64,000 nt of DNA from Glaucostegus cemiculus. Its lineage: Eukaryota. Below are positions 48,811 to 59,112 of the stretch, one piece after another (the first letter of the stretch is position 1; every line of letters begins with the position of its first letter). A program made the position numbers and the translations under genes. Under the pieces are notes generated by a model. It saw only the letters and a program-made list of their open reading frames with translations. It did no database searches and was not told where the DNA came from. The stretch spans positions 2,542,001 through 2,606,000 of the forward strand of contig CDPCPM010000169.1 in assembly GCA_976551045.1 (NCBI GenBank), in the 5' to 3' direction.

Positions 48811-50134
48811 ACAATTCCAGCATGTTCTTATACTTTTTGTCCATCTTTTCTTTTATTTCTTTCTCTCTCTCCCCTTTCTCTCTAGCTATCCCCTTTATCA
48901 ATTTAGTAGATAGCACAAAAGCACTGTGTCACCTGGACAACCTTGGTTAATGAAGACAGACAAAAAACATTTCTGCCATTTCCTTATTTCCCAATATAGA
49001 TCTTCAACAGCCTGTTCTAGTCTAACCACATAGATGCCATGACCAAGAAAGCTCACCGCACCTCTACTTTCTCAGGAGGCTAAAGAAATTTGACATGCCC
49101 CCTTTGACCCTTACCAATTTTTATCGATGCACCATAGATAGCATCCTATCTGGATGCATCATGCCTTGGTATGGCAAATGCTCTGCCTAGGACCAAAAGA
49201 AACTGCGGAGTTATGGACACAGCTAGGAAATCGCAGAAACCAGCCTCCCCCTCCATGAACTGTGTCTACATTTCTCATTGCCAACATAGAACAACCATAG
49301 ATCCATAGAACAATACAGCACAAAACAGGCCCTTTGACCCACCAAGTTGTGCCATCCTTCAAACATCTCACAATCTAACTCTTTCTTCCCACATATCCTA
49401 CTATTCCACATTCTTCCATGTGCCTATCTAACAATCTCTTGAACCTGTCCAACGTATCTGCCTCTACTACCACCCCAGGCAGCACATTCCATGCACCAAC
49501 CACTCTCTGGGTGAAAAACTTCCCTCTGACATCTCCCCTAAACTTTCCACCCAATATCTTAAAGCCATGCCCTCTCGTCTTGTGCATCTGTGCCCTGGGA
49601 AAGAGGCGCTGGCTGTCAACTCTATCTATTCCTCTCAATATCTTATACACCTCTATCAAGTCCCCTCTCATCCTCCTCTCCAACGAGTAAAGCCCTAGCA
49701 CCTTAAGCCTCTCCTCATATTCCATACCCTCTAATTCAGGCATCATCCTGGTAAATCACCTCTGTACCCTCTCCAACGCCTCCACATCCTTCCTATAATG
49801 TGGCGACCAGAACTGAACACAATACTCTAAGTGCGGCCTAACTAGAGTTTTGTAAAGCAGCATCATCACCTCTCTGCTCTTGAACTCAATCCCACGATTT
49901 ATAAAAGCTAACATCCCATAAGCCTTCTTAACTGCCCTATCCACCTGCGAGGCAACTTTGAGTGAGCTGTGGATATGAACCCCCAGATCCCTCTGCTCCT
50001 CTACACTGCCAAGTACCTTACCATTTACCTCATACTCTGCCCTGGAGTTCACCCTACCAAAGTGAACCACCTCACACTTCTCCGGATTAAACTCCATCTG
50101 CCTCCTGTCCGTCCAGCTCTGCATCCTATCAATA

Positions 50135-50883
50135 TCCAAGATGGCGGTGCACACAGTTGCAGCAGCCTCTCCTGGGTCTGTAGTGCTTTGTGTTTTTTGT
50201 TAGTCTTTTAGTGTTTTTGTGCTGGTTTTTTTTTGTGTGTTCTTTGTTCCTGATGTTTGTTCTTAATGTTTGTGTGCTTGGTGTTCGTTTTATGGAGTCG
50301 TTGTCTGTGCTGACGGCACCGACAGCTCGTCGGAGCTCATCGGAGGCGACAGCGTGTTGAAGGCCCTGGATCCTCGTGGTGGTGTCGGGATGCGGGCGGT
50401 GAGGGGGCTGCCCGGGCTGGAGGTGGTCGGCCTGTGGAGCTGGAGGTCATCGGACTGCGGAGCTGGAGGCGAAGGAGCCGGAGGTCGTCGGACTGCGGGG
50501 CCGGAGGTGAAGGAGCCGGAGGTCGTTGGACTGCGGGGCCGGAGGTGGTCGGCCTGTGGGGCCGGAGGTCGTCGGACTGTGGGGCTGGAGGTGGTCATCG
50601 GATCGGACTGCGGGGCCGGAGGTTGTTGTTGGACTGTGGGCCCGGAGGCTGTAGGACTGCGGGGGCTGGAGGTGGTCATTGGTGCGGGGTGAAGCTGGGG
50701 GCTGGGAGATGTAATGTTGAGGTTCTGGGAGACGTGTTGTACCAGCAGACCAAAGTCCATGCGGCTCCAATGTTTTGATGTTTTTGTCCTGTTGTCTTTT
50801 ATTGTCTTTAATGTCTTTTGCACATTGGCCTGTGGAGTACGATATCTCGCCTTCATGTATACGTGAAAGTGACAATAAACTTG
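50135..50883 (+). mobile_element. Non-autonomous composite retroelement: YY1-motif 5' end, T-rich segment, GC-rich VNTR, Rex/Babar-type 3' tail
   Basis: Starts CAAGATGGCGG (50137); ends GTGACAATAAACTTG (50869-50883), identical to 24929-24943; CpG-rich; TCAATA on both flanks (50129-50134 and 50884-50889). Confidence 0.7.
50414..50690 (+). repeat. GC-rich VNTR, ~12 units of 23 bp (GGRGCYGGAGGTCGTCGGACTGY) mixed with 15-bp units (GGRGCYGGAGGYGAA)
   Basis: Units read directly from the sequence; they explain the overlapping low-complexity ORFs at 50270-51073. Confidence 0.92.
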
Positions 50884-51503
50884 TCAATAAAGTGAGGCAA
50901 GACATTCCCTTCACAAAGCCATGCTGACTGTCCCTAATCGGTCCGTGACTCTCCAGGTGTTCATAGATCCTATCCCTCAGAATCCTTTCTGAGGGATAAC
51001 ATAACCAAAGACCCCACCCAACCTGGACATTCTCTCTTCTCCCTTCTCCCATTGGGCAAAAGCCTGAAAGCACATACCACCAGATTCAAGGAGAGCTTCT
51101 ATCCTGCTGTTATAAGACTATTGAATGATCCCCTAGTATCATAAGATGGACTCTTGACTCAAAATCTACCTCATTATGGTCTTGCACCTTATTGTCTACC
51201 TGCACAGCACTTTCTCTGTAACTGTAACATGTTCTACATGCTGTTATTGTTTTCCCTTATAATACTTCAATGCACTGTTGGAATGAAATTATCTGTATGG
51301 ATGGCATGCAAAACAAAGCTTTTTACTGTACCTCAGTACATGTGACAGTAATAAGCCAATTCACTTTGATTCAGTCTAAACTTTTGCAACCTTTTCCTTT
51401 CTGTATTAGCTATAGATGCCATGAAAATCTGTTTTTATGTTTCTTGACTACTTTATATTCCATTTTCTCTTCCTTTATCAATTTTTGGTCCTCTGTTACT
51501 CAG

Positions 51504-53065
51504 TCACAAGATCACAAGACAAGGGAGCAGAAGTAGGCCATTCAGCCCTTCGAGTCTGCTCCATGAGAAGAAGAGAAAAGATAACATATCTATCTCCAAT
51601 TTCCAGCCTTATCCCCATATCCCTTGATACCTTGATTAATTAGGTACCTATCCAACTCCCCTTTAAATGCCCCCACTGACTGAGCCTCTACAGCTGTATG
51701 TGGCAGAGAATTCCACAATTCCACCACCCTCTGAATAAAGTAATTTCTCCTCAGCTCTGTTTTAAACTGGTTCCCTCTGATTCTAAGTCTGTGCCCTCTA
51801 GTCTTGGACTCACCCACCAAGGGAAACAGCCTATCCACATCTACTCTATCCATTCCTTTCAACATTCTAAACACTTCTATGACGTCCCCCCTCATTCTTC
51901 TGTACTCCAATGAGTACAGTCCAAGAGCCGATAAATGCTCATCATAGGTAAGCCCTTTCATACCAGGAATCATCCTTGTAAACCTTCTCTGAACCCTCTC
52001 CAACATCATCACATCCCTTCTAAGGTGTGGGGCCCAAAACTGCATACAGTATTCCAAATGAGGACGTATCAGTGCTCCATAGAGCCTCATCATCACTTCC
52101 CTACTTCTATACACTATACCTCACGAAATGAACACCAACATAGCATTCGCTTTCTTTATCGCCGATCCGACCTGGTAGTTGACTTTTAGGGTGTCCTGCA
52201 CGAGTACCCCCAAGTCCCTTTGTACTTCTGTACTTCCAATTTTCTCCACATCTAGATAATAATCTGCCCGTTCATTTCTTTTGCCAAAGTGTACTACAGC
52301 ACATTTGTCAACATTGAATTTCATCTGCCATTTCTTTGCCCATTCACCTAAACTATCCAAGTCTCTCTGCAACCTTCCTGCATCTTCTATACTCCCTGCT
52401 CCACCGCCAATCTTGGTGTCATCCGCAAACTTAGCTACAAAACCATTTACTCCATCATCCAAATCATTATTATATAAAGTGAAAAGTAGCGGGCCCAACA
52501 CCGACCCTTGCTGGACACCACTAGTAACCAGTCGCCATCCAGAACAGGATCCTTTTATTCCTACCTGTTGCTTTCTGCCTACCAGCCAATGCTCGACCCA
52601 TTTTAATATCCTTCCTGTAATTCCATGCGTACTCATCTTATTAATCAACCTCTGATGCGGCACCTTGTCAAAGGCCTTTTGAAAGTCTAAATACACAACG
52701 TCCACTGCCTCTCCCTTATCCACCCTACCTGAGATTTCCTCAAAAATCTCCAATAGGTTGGTCAGGCAAGATCTTCCCTTTATGAAACCATGCTGGCTTG
52801 GACCTATCCTGTCTTGAATCACCAGGTATTCTGTAACCTCATCCTTGAGGATCGATTCCAGTATCTTTCCCACTACTGACGTCAAACTAATTGGTCTGTA
52901 ATTACCTTTATGCTGCCTCCCACCTTTCTTATACAGTGGAACTACGTTCGCTACTCTCCAGTCCTCCGGAACCATGCGGTTCTCCAGTCCTCCAGTCCAT
53001 TGACTCCTGGAAAATAATTACTAATACCTCTACAATCTCTAAAGCCACCTCCTTCAGAAGTCCTT
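51504..53065 (-). mobile_element. Young 5'-truncated CR1 (RT domain to 3'UTR), (TTGTGATC)n family
   Basis: 284-aa and 174-aa ORFs with NYRPISLTS, LDFQKAFDKVPH, QGSVLGPLLF, KFADDTK; tail at 51504-51520; local duplication at 52953-52997. Confidence 0.97.
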
Positions 53066-53164
53066 AGGCTTACTGCTCTATTTTGTAACATGAAAAACTT
53101 TTCCTTTGATTTAATACTATCTTTAACTACTCTTATTAGATATTGCTGCACCACATTAATTGTG

Positions 53165-53262
53165 TTTCTTTTTCCACAGATGTAGTCTTAGTTGCTGAGT
53201 GTTTTCAGCATTTTCTGGTTTTATTTCAGATTTCCAGCATATACAGTGTTTTGGTTTTCATT
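53165..53262 (+). mobile_element. Penelope pseudo-LTR fragment
   Basis: CCACAGATGTAG...GCTGAGTGTTTTCAGCATTTTCTGGTTTTATTTCAGATTTCCAGCAT. Confidence 0.75.
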
Positions 53263-53282
53263 TGGAACTAATCATCAGATCT

Positions 53283-54196
53283 GAGGGAGAGGACTGAAGA
53301 GACAAGAAAGTTGCAGAGAGACTTAGATAGTCTAGGTGAATGTGCGAGGAAATGGCAGATGAGATCCAGTGTTGAGAAATGTGCAGTTGTACACTTCAGA
53401 ACAGAAATAAATGTTCAGACTATTATTCAGACAGAAGGAGAAAAATATTGAAAGTACAGAAGTACAAAGGGACTTGGAAGTACTCGTACAGGATAACCTA
53501 AAGGTTAATCACCAGGTTGGATCGGCAGTAAGGAAAGCGAATGCTTTCATTGGCATTCAGTTCAAGAGGTATAATGTGTAAAAGCAAGGAACTGTTGACG
53601 AGGCTATACGGGGCACTGGTGAGGCCTCATTTGGAATACTGTGTACAGTTTTGAGCCCCATATCTTAGGAAGGATGTGCTGATGTTGGAGAGGGTTCAGA
53701 AGAGATACACAAAGATGATTTCTGGGATGAAAGGGCTTACCTATGATGAGCGTCTGTTGGCACTTGGACTATACTCGCTGGAGTACAGAAGAATGAGAGG
53801 GGACCTCATAGAAACATCTAAAATGTTGAAAGGACTGGACAGAGTAGATGTGGTTAAGCTGTTTCCCTTGGTGGGGAGTCCAGGAACAGAGGGCATAACC
53901 TTAGAATTAGAGGGTACAGGTTTAAAACAGAGATGAGGAGAAATTTCTTTAGCCAGAGGGTGGTGAATTTATGGAATTCCTTGCCACAGAAAGTAGAGGA
54001 GGCCAGATCATGGGAGGAGTTTAAGTAGTAGATAGATAGATATCTAATTAGTCAAGGTATCAAGGGATACGGAGATAAGGCCGGAACTTGGGGTTAGAAT
54101 AAGTTTTTTTTCTCTCCCCCCATTTCCTTTCCTTTGGAGCAGACTTGATGGGCCAAATGGCCTACTTCTGCTCCCTTGTCTTGTGATCTTGTGATC
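53283..54196 (+). mobile_element. Young 5'-truncated CR1 3' portion, (TTGTGATC)n family
   Basis: LQRDLDSLGECARKWQM...LERVQKRYTKMISGMKGLTYDERL...; tail TTGTGATCTTGTGATC. Confidence 0.95.
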
Positions 54197-56429
54197 TGCA
54201 GTCCTCTGAGCTGCTCGGTTGGGACGTGTGATTGGGTTGTCACCCAGTTAGAAGAAGATCTAATTTATTTCTTTACTTGCTATCTCCCAACCTCTGGTCT
54301 TCCCCACTTATCCACCTACCCAGGGATCTTGTGTAGTTATAGACCCATAGATAATTACACCAAGTGGGAAATATACCTTAATGTTTCTGTTAATCTAATC
54401 ATCAAACATCAAGATCCTTCTGTAAATGGAACATGATGACTTAGTAGTGAGAGGCACAGTGCTCCAGAAAATGAAAGGATTCTAATGCTAGTGAATGTGT
54501 TGGGATTTGAAAAGGTCTAAGATAGGAATGAGTCAACACACATCTTACACAATTACCTAGGGCAAGCACTTCATGCAGGGACACAAAGGTGAAAAATGGC
54601 AGAACAGGTTGCAAATTAATTGGAAGTTCAGTGATAATTTGTTAGCATTGATCCAAACCTCTGTGAATAACTGGGAAGAGTAAGTAAAGCTGCTCATGGA
54701 AGGAGTGCTTTAAACTGACAAGAAGTCCATCATTCATTGTAACATATGATTGGACAGCATCCTCCTTTTGCCCACTGACCACATACTGTTTCCCAATGGA
54801 TTTATGTGGGACTCTGATATCCCACCTGCAAATGAGAGCTGGGAACTAAGGGCGCTTGACCTGTCTGATTCCCTCTCTACCTTACCTTATTTCCTTCACC
54901 CACCCATGTCCCAGCTTTCGTTCTTATTGGACCAAGAGCTCAGCACTAGAAGTGCTGAGGCATTAACCAACTGATTACACAGAATGCTCCTGAGAGATCT
55001 CTCTCCATGTGCTATGTCTGGAAATTAATCCTGTACAACTGAAATCAATACCTCAAAACATACATTTCCTCGTTTTGGAATGACATTTGTCAGGTCCATA
55101 ACTGCATCAAATTGTAACCAATGAGTGCTAGACAGGAACTATGGACCTGTCACATTGCTTGCACTGAAGGGTATGCTGATTGAAACCATTTGGTTGCTGT
55201 AGCCACTGTGTAGTTTAGTAGTTTTATCACTTTCTACCATTTCACACAGGCTGTGTTTTAAGTAGAACATTGGTAATTTGACCACTCTATTTCCACAAGA
55301 TAATGTAATCCACTTAGGGTGTTAACATTACATTTAATAGTGTTTACACCAAATTGGACTTTAGCATTGAATTAACACAGCAATAAATGATTAGTGTTAG
55401 GGAACAAAAGACAACAATTTAACAATTTATTAAGGGAAAATCTGATTAAATTTAACTGGATAAAACTGCCAAATATACCTCCTGATTAGATGAGGTTTGA
55501 CCACTGCTGTTGGGCTTAAAATCTTCTTCCTTATTGCTTAACCCTTATGGCACTGTGGAAGAGATTTAGCATCTATAAATTCCAGAGCAACTAATGAGTT
55601 TAATCACCAGTGGTTAATTTTATTTATGGATTAATAAAACACCATGTCAACCTTTGAAGGTTAAGAAGTCATTCTTCAGACCAAGTCTGTGTCCATTAAA
55701 AACTTTGACCATTATTTCCATAAGGTTTGAAAGTCACCCAACTTTTCAGGGTTCCTCAATCCTTGAAAATGTTAAGGCTCATTTCTTGGAAGTTGCTGCC
55801 CTTTATTGGTTGTAATTATGGGAATTAATGAGAAATGGAAAATAATGGGGGAAAAGCATGGGTCTGGTCCTTAGCCTGTTCTTCAAATCCATGGTAAATC
55901 CTCCTTTCACCTTTCTTTCACCAACTGCTGATGACAGGTGATTGGAAATAATCCAAGTTGCTGTTTGTCCATGAGTTGTTAAATTGCAGTCTGTTAAATT
56001 GGGTTCAGCATAAGAGTGTTGAACAACTAAGTCTGAGGTTGATTTTTATTTTTTCTCAAAGAAGACATATCTAATTCAATAGAGATGTTTGTGTTTTGAT
56101 TTGGTTATGATAAAAATGAAAACAAACTTTAACTTTACTTGTGGGCATACCAGATCAATCAAAGACCATGCTGGCCTTTGGACCAAACTCCTGCCATTAT
56201 AAGCCATGCCTTGTCTTTCCATACATTTTGGAAGTCACCTGGATTTTCAGGATTCTTCTAATCTCAGTTCTTGTAGAATTTAAGGCCCACTGTTTCTTGC
56301 ACGTTACAGTTGGATCTTAATTGCAATTATGGAGATTAGTAGGAAGAAGAAAGCAGATCGGGAAAGGCCATGTGCACAATCATGCAAATGGCGATAATTT
56401 TGCATTTTTTTATTTTTTCATATTTTCTC

Positions 56430-56612
56430 ACAACGTAGCAGTGCATTTAGCTCATCAGATTCGTTGGTTCTCAGATATTCCCAATATTCCCATTTCCCCC
56501 ACTTATTTCTCTACATCCTATTCCCTCTCATATGTGCACCAACTCTCCCTGATTTGCCTGCCATTCACTATACTTTGCGTAATTTACAGCAGCCAATTAA
56601 CCTATCAACCAG
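56430..56612 (-). mobile_element. Old HE1-like SINE 3' remnant
   Basis: ...TAATTTACAGCAGCCAATTAACCTATCAACC, similar to 19920-19960 and 27535-27570. Confidence 0.55.
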
Positions 56613-57323
56613 GCTGTGCTGATTCTATTTTTGGACACTTTGTTTTGATTTGTTTTGTGACCACCGAGCTAAAGAAGACAAAAGTTAGTTAAGATTCCTG
56701 CCCCTGATCATCAACCAACAATCTTTCTTGGAAGGTTTGTAATGTGAATAGCAAAAATCAAAATAAAGTAAATGAAAAGAAAAAAAACATGCTTCAGTGG
56801 CTTTTAGACTAGATGTAAAGATACTGACTTTTTTTTAAAGTGAGTTTCAGGACCTCAGTAGATACTCTTTCATGTTCAACAATGTATTAGCAAACCTCAT
56901 ATCTCTCAGAAGCAGAAAATGAACTTCTTGCCGAATTGCTAGAGCTATAACAGAACATCCCAGGGTTGTGACTATATAATCTTTATTATATGAACTGAGC
57001 AATGTATTTCCACAGTTGTGAATGGATGCTCTCTTAAATTAGAAAAGCTGTCTGATCAACACTTTATTCGGTGAAAGTCTATTAGAAACCAATAGGCTGA
57101 CAACTTACAAATTATAGCAGTAAGAAGCCCAGGACGTGACTAACTTCCAAAGTTAAGTACAACATCCTGGATCTTGACTGCGAGCATTACCAAGTTTGTA
57201 GGATCAGGTGAGGTTCACATTTTGAATTCCACTGACGGTGACCACTCCAGAAGTATACGCAGGGCATCCACTGCTCCACTTTGTCAGTAAACTGGGCTGA
57301 GATCAATTTATTCTTGGGTAAAT

Positions 57324-57794
57324 TAGAACATAGAACGTAGGCCAGTACAGTCGAGGAACAGGGCCATTGGTCCATGATGTCTGTGCAGAACATGATGCCA
57401 AACTAAGTCTCTTTTGCCTGTACATGATCCATATCACTCCATTCCCTACATATTGATGTGTCTATCTAACAGCCTCTAAAATGCCACTAACGTATCTGCT
57501 TCTACCACTACCCCTGACAGCCCATTCCAGGCATTTACCACTCTCTACTGTATGTGGAAAAGCTGCACATCTTCCTTAAACTTTCACCCTCCACCTTAAA
57601 TGTATGCCCTCTAGTACTAGACATTTCTACCCTGGAAAACAGATTCTGTCTGCCTACCCTATCTGTGCCTCTCATTATTTTATAAACCTCTGTCAGGTCT
57701 CCCCTCAGCCTGCAGTGCCCCAGGAAAACAACCCACGTTTGCTCAACTTCTCCACACAGCTCATGCCCTCTAATCCAGGCAGCATTGTGGTAAA
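57324..57794 (-). mobile_element. CR1 3' fragment
   Basis: TAGAACATAGAAC tail; RLRGDLTEVYKIMRGTDRV...TRGHTFKV. Confidence 0.9.
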
Positions 57795-57804
57795 GCAGCA
57801 AAAC

Positions 57805-58060
57805 GGAGACACAAGAGGTTCTGCAGATGCTGGAATCTGGAGCAACACACACAAAATGCTGGAGGAACTCAGCAGGCCAGGCAGCATCTATGGAGGGAAA
57901 TAAACAGTCGATGTTTCTGGACAAGACCCTTCATCAGGACTGGAAAGGAAGAGGGCAGAAGACAGAATAAAAAGGTAGGGGAAAGGGAGGAGCAAAAGCT
58001 GGCAGGTGCTGGGTGAGTCCAGGTGAGAAGGGGAAGGTAGGTGGGTGGGGGAGGGGGATC
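57805..58060 (-). mobile_element. Penelope-like element 3' end / pseudo-LTR
   Basis: GAGACACAAGAGGTTCTGCAGATGCTGGAATCTGGAGCAAC...GGAGGAACTCAGCAGG...GACCCTTCATCAGGACTGG plus purine-rich upstream tract. Confidence 0.9.
57905..57942 (-). ncRNA. Minimal type-I hammerhead ribozyme motif of a Penelope pLTR, partly decayed
   Basis: Minus strand CAGTC-CTGATGA-AGGGTCTTGTCCA-GAAA-CATC-GACTG: perfect stem I (CAGTC/GACTG), intact CUGAUGA and GAAA cores, weakened stem II. Confidence 0.7.
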
Positions 58061-58149
58061 CTGAGTATTACTACCCTCATTTCTTTTACTTTCCAGGTCC
58101 ATTCCTGGAACCTATGTGCACACAGCTTCCATTTTTTGGCATCTTGGTT

Positions 58150-59112
58150 TCATCAGAGGGTCAAAAAGAGTAGTAGGACAGGACTCAACTCAAATTGGAA
58201 GATAGTAAATGTAGCACTGCTGTTTAGTAGTAGGGAAAACGCCAGTATCTATTCCTGCAGACATAGTAATAGGGCACAAAGAAAACTGTGGTATTATTAT
58301 GCAGGATCTACATGAATTCATGAAAGAAAATTTTGTTTGCCAAATTTATTAGCTTATTTTAGGGTTGTAACTATGAAAGTAGATAAGAGGAACTCAAATG
58401 ATGTCATGTATTTGAATGTTCAAGAAGTATTTGATAAAGTGCCAAGTAAAACTTTGTTGTAAGAAAGTTAGGGGTTATGGGTTTGATGCTTATACACTAG
58501 CATAGTGTGAAATATAATTAATAGACCAAGTGAAATGACAAAAAGTAAATAGGTTATCTTTGGATTGGGAGACTGTAAGTAGTGGCATGCCACAAGGGTC
58601 AGGAGCTTGGGCTTATTTACAACCTATATTAACTGTTTAGGTGAAGGCACATATCTAATGCTGATAAGAAGTTGCACTGGAAAATATCTATATTGAGAAC
58701 ACAAAAAGAGTGCTCAGATATGTAAGCATTATAAGTTGACGGACAGAAATGAAACATTTGTCACATGGAGAAATATGACTTCCTTTCGTACTTCATTGCG
58801 AAAAATAGAAAAGCAGAACTGCCCACAAATGTGGAAAGTTTAGAACTAAGGAGCACCATCTCAGTCATTTTGGATTAAAGTAAACTGAAGTTTCTTCACT
58901 CAAAATGTTTTGAATTCTCTGCATCAGTTGGCATTGGATGCTCAGTTGGCAAGTGTATTCAACAGAGACCAATAGATTTCTGTATGCCCAATTAGAAACA
59001 TGCAGATAGTCAAGAATCTGAGATCAAAGATCAACCATGATCTCATTGAATGGTGGAGGAAATTTAAAGATCAAACTGGCCGATTCCTGCCACTGTGGTA
59101 TGTTTTCTTATG
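58150..59112 (+). mobile_element. Old CR1 RT-to-3'UTR remnant
   Basis: NWKIVNVALLF, YLNVQEVFDKVP, SGMPQGS; 3'UTR GATCAACCATGATCTCATTGAATGGTGGAG. Confidence 0.8.

Larger units (their letters stand above)
49283..50992 (-). mobile_element. Young CR1 3' portion (arms 49283-50134 and 50884-50992) lacking the RT core and hosting a composite insertion
   Basis: ERILRDRIYEHLESHGPIRDSQHGFVKGMSCLT, then DIDRMQSW...LYKTLVRPHLEYCVQFWSP...LYSLERRMRGDLIEVYK, 3'UTR and CCATAGA-type tail. Confidence 0.93.
49020..51362 (+). mobile_element. Rex1/Babar LINE 3' fragment split by a CR1 insertion (arms 49020-49282 and 50995-51362)
   Basis: HIDAMTKKAH..LYFLRRLKKFDM..LTNFYRCTIDSILSGCIMPWYG on the left; ITKDPTQPGHSLFS...TTRFKESFYPAVIRLLN plus 3'UTR on the right. 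Confidence 0.9.

Noticed and set aside
50414-50690. CRISPR-like array
   Set aside because: Tandem units with no unique spacers, no cas genes, and a eukaryotic context.
50270-51073. Overlapping 114-208 aa Pro/Gly/Arg-rich ORFs
   Set aside because: Stop-poor GC-rich VNTR read in several frames on both strands; the 23-bp unit does not preserve frame.
52121-52975. Active or domesticated reverse transcriptase gene
   Set aside because: 5'-truncated CR1 lacking the endonuclease, with a stop between the two ORFs and substitutions in conserved motifs.
55318-55350. Short hairpin GGTGTTAACATTA...TAGTGTTTACACC (similar small hairpins at 8741-8780 and 17778-17806)
   Set aside because: Short imperfect stems are expected by chance and are too short for a pre-miRNA.
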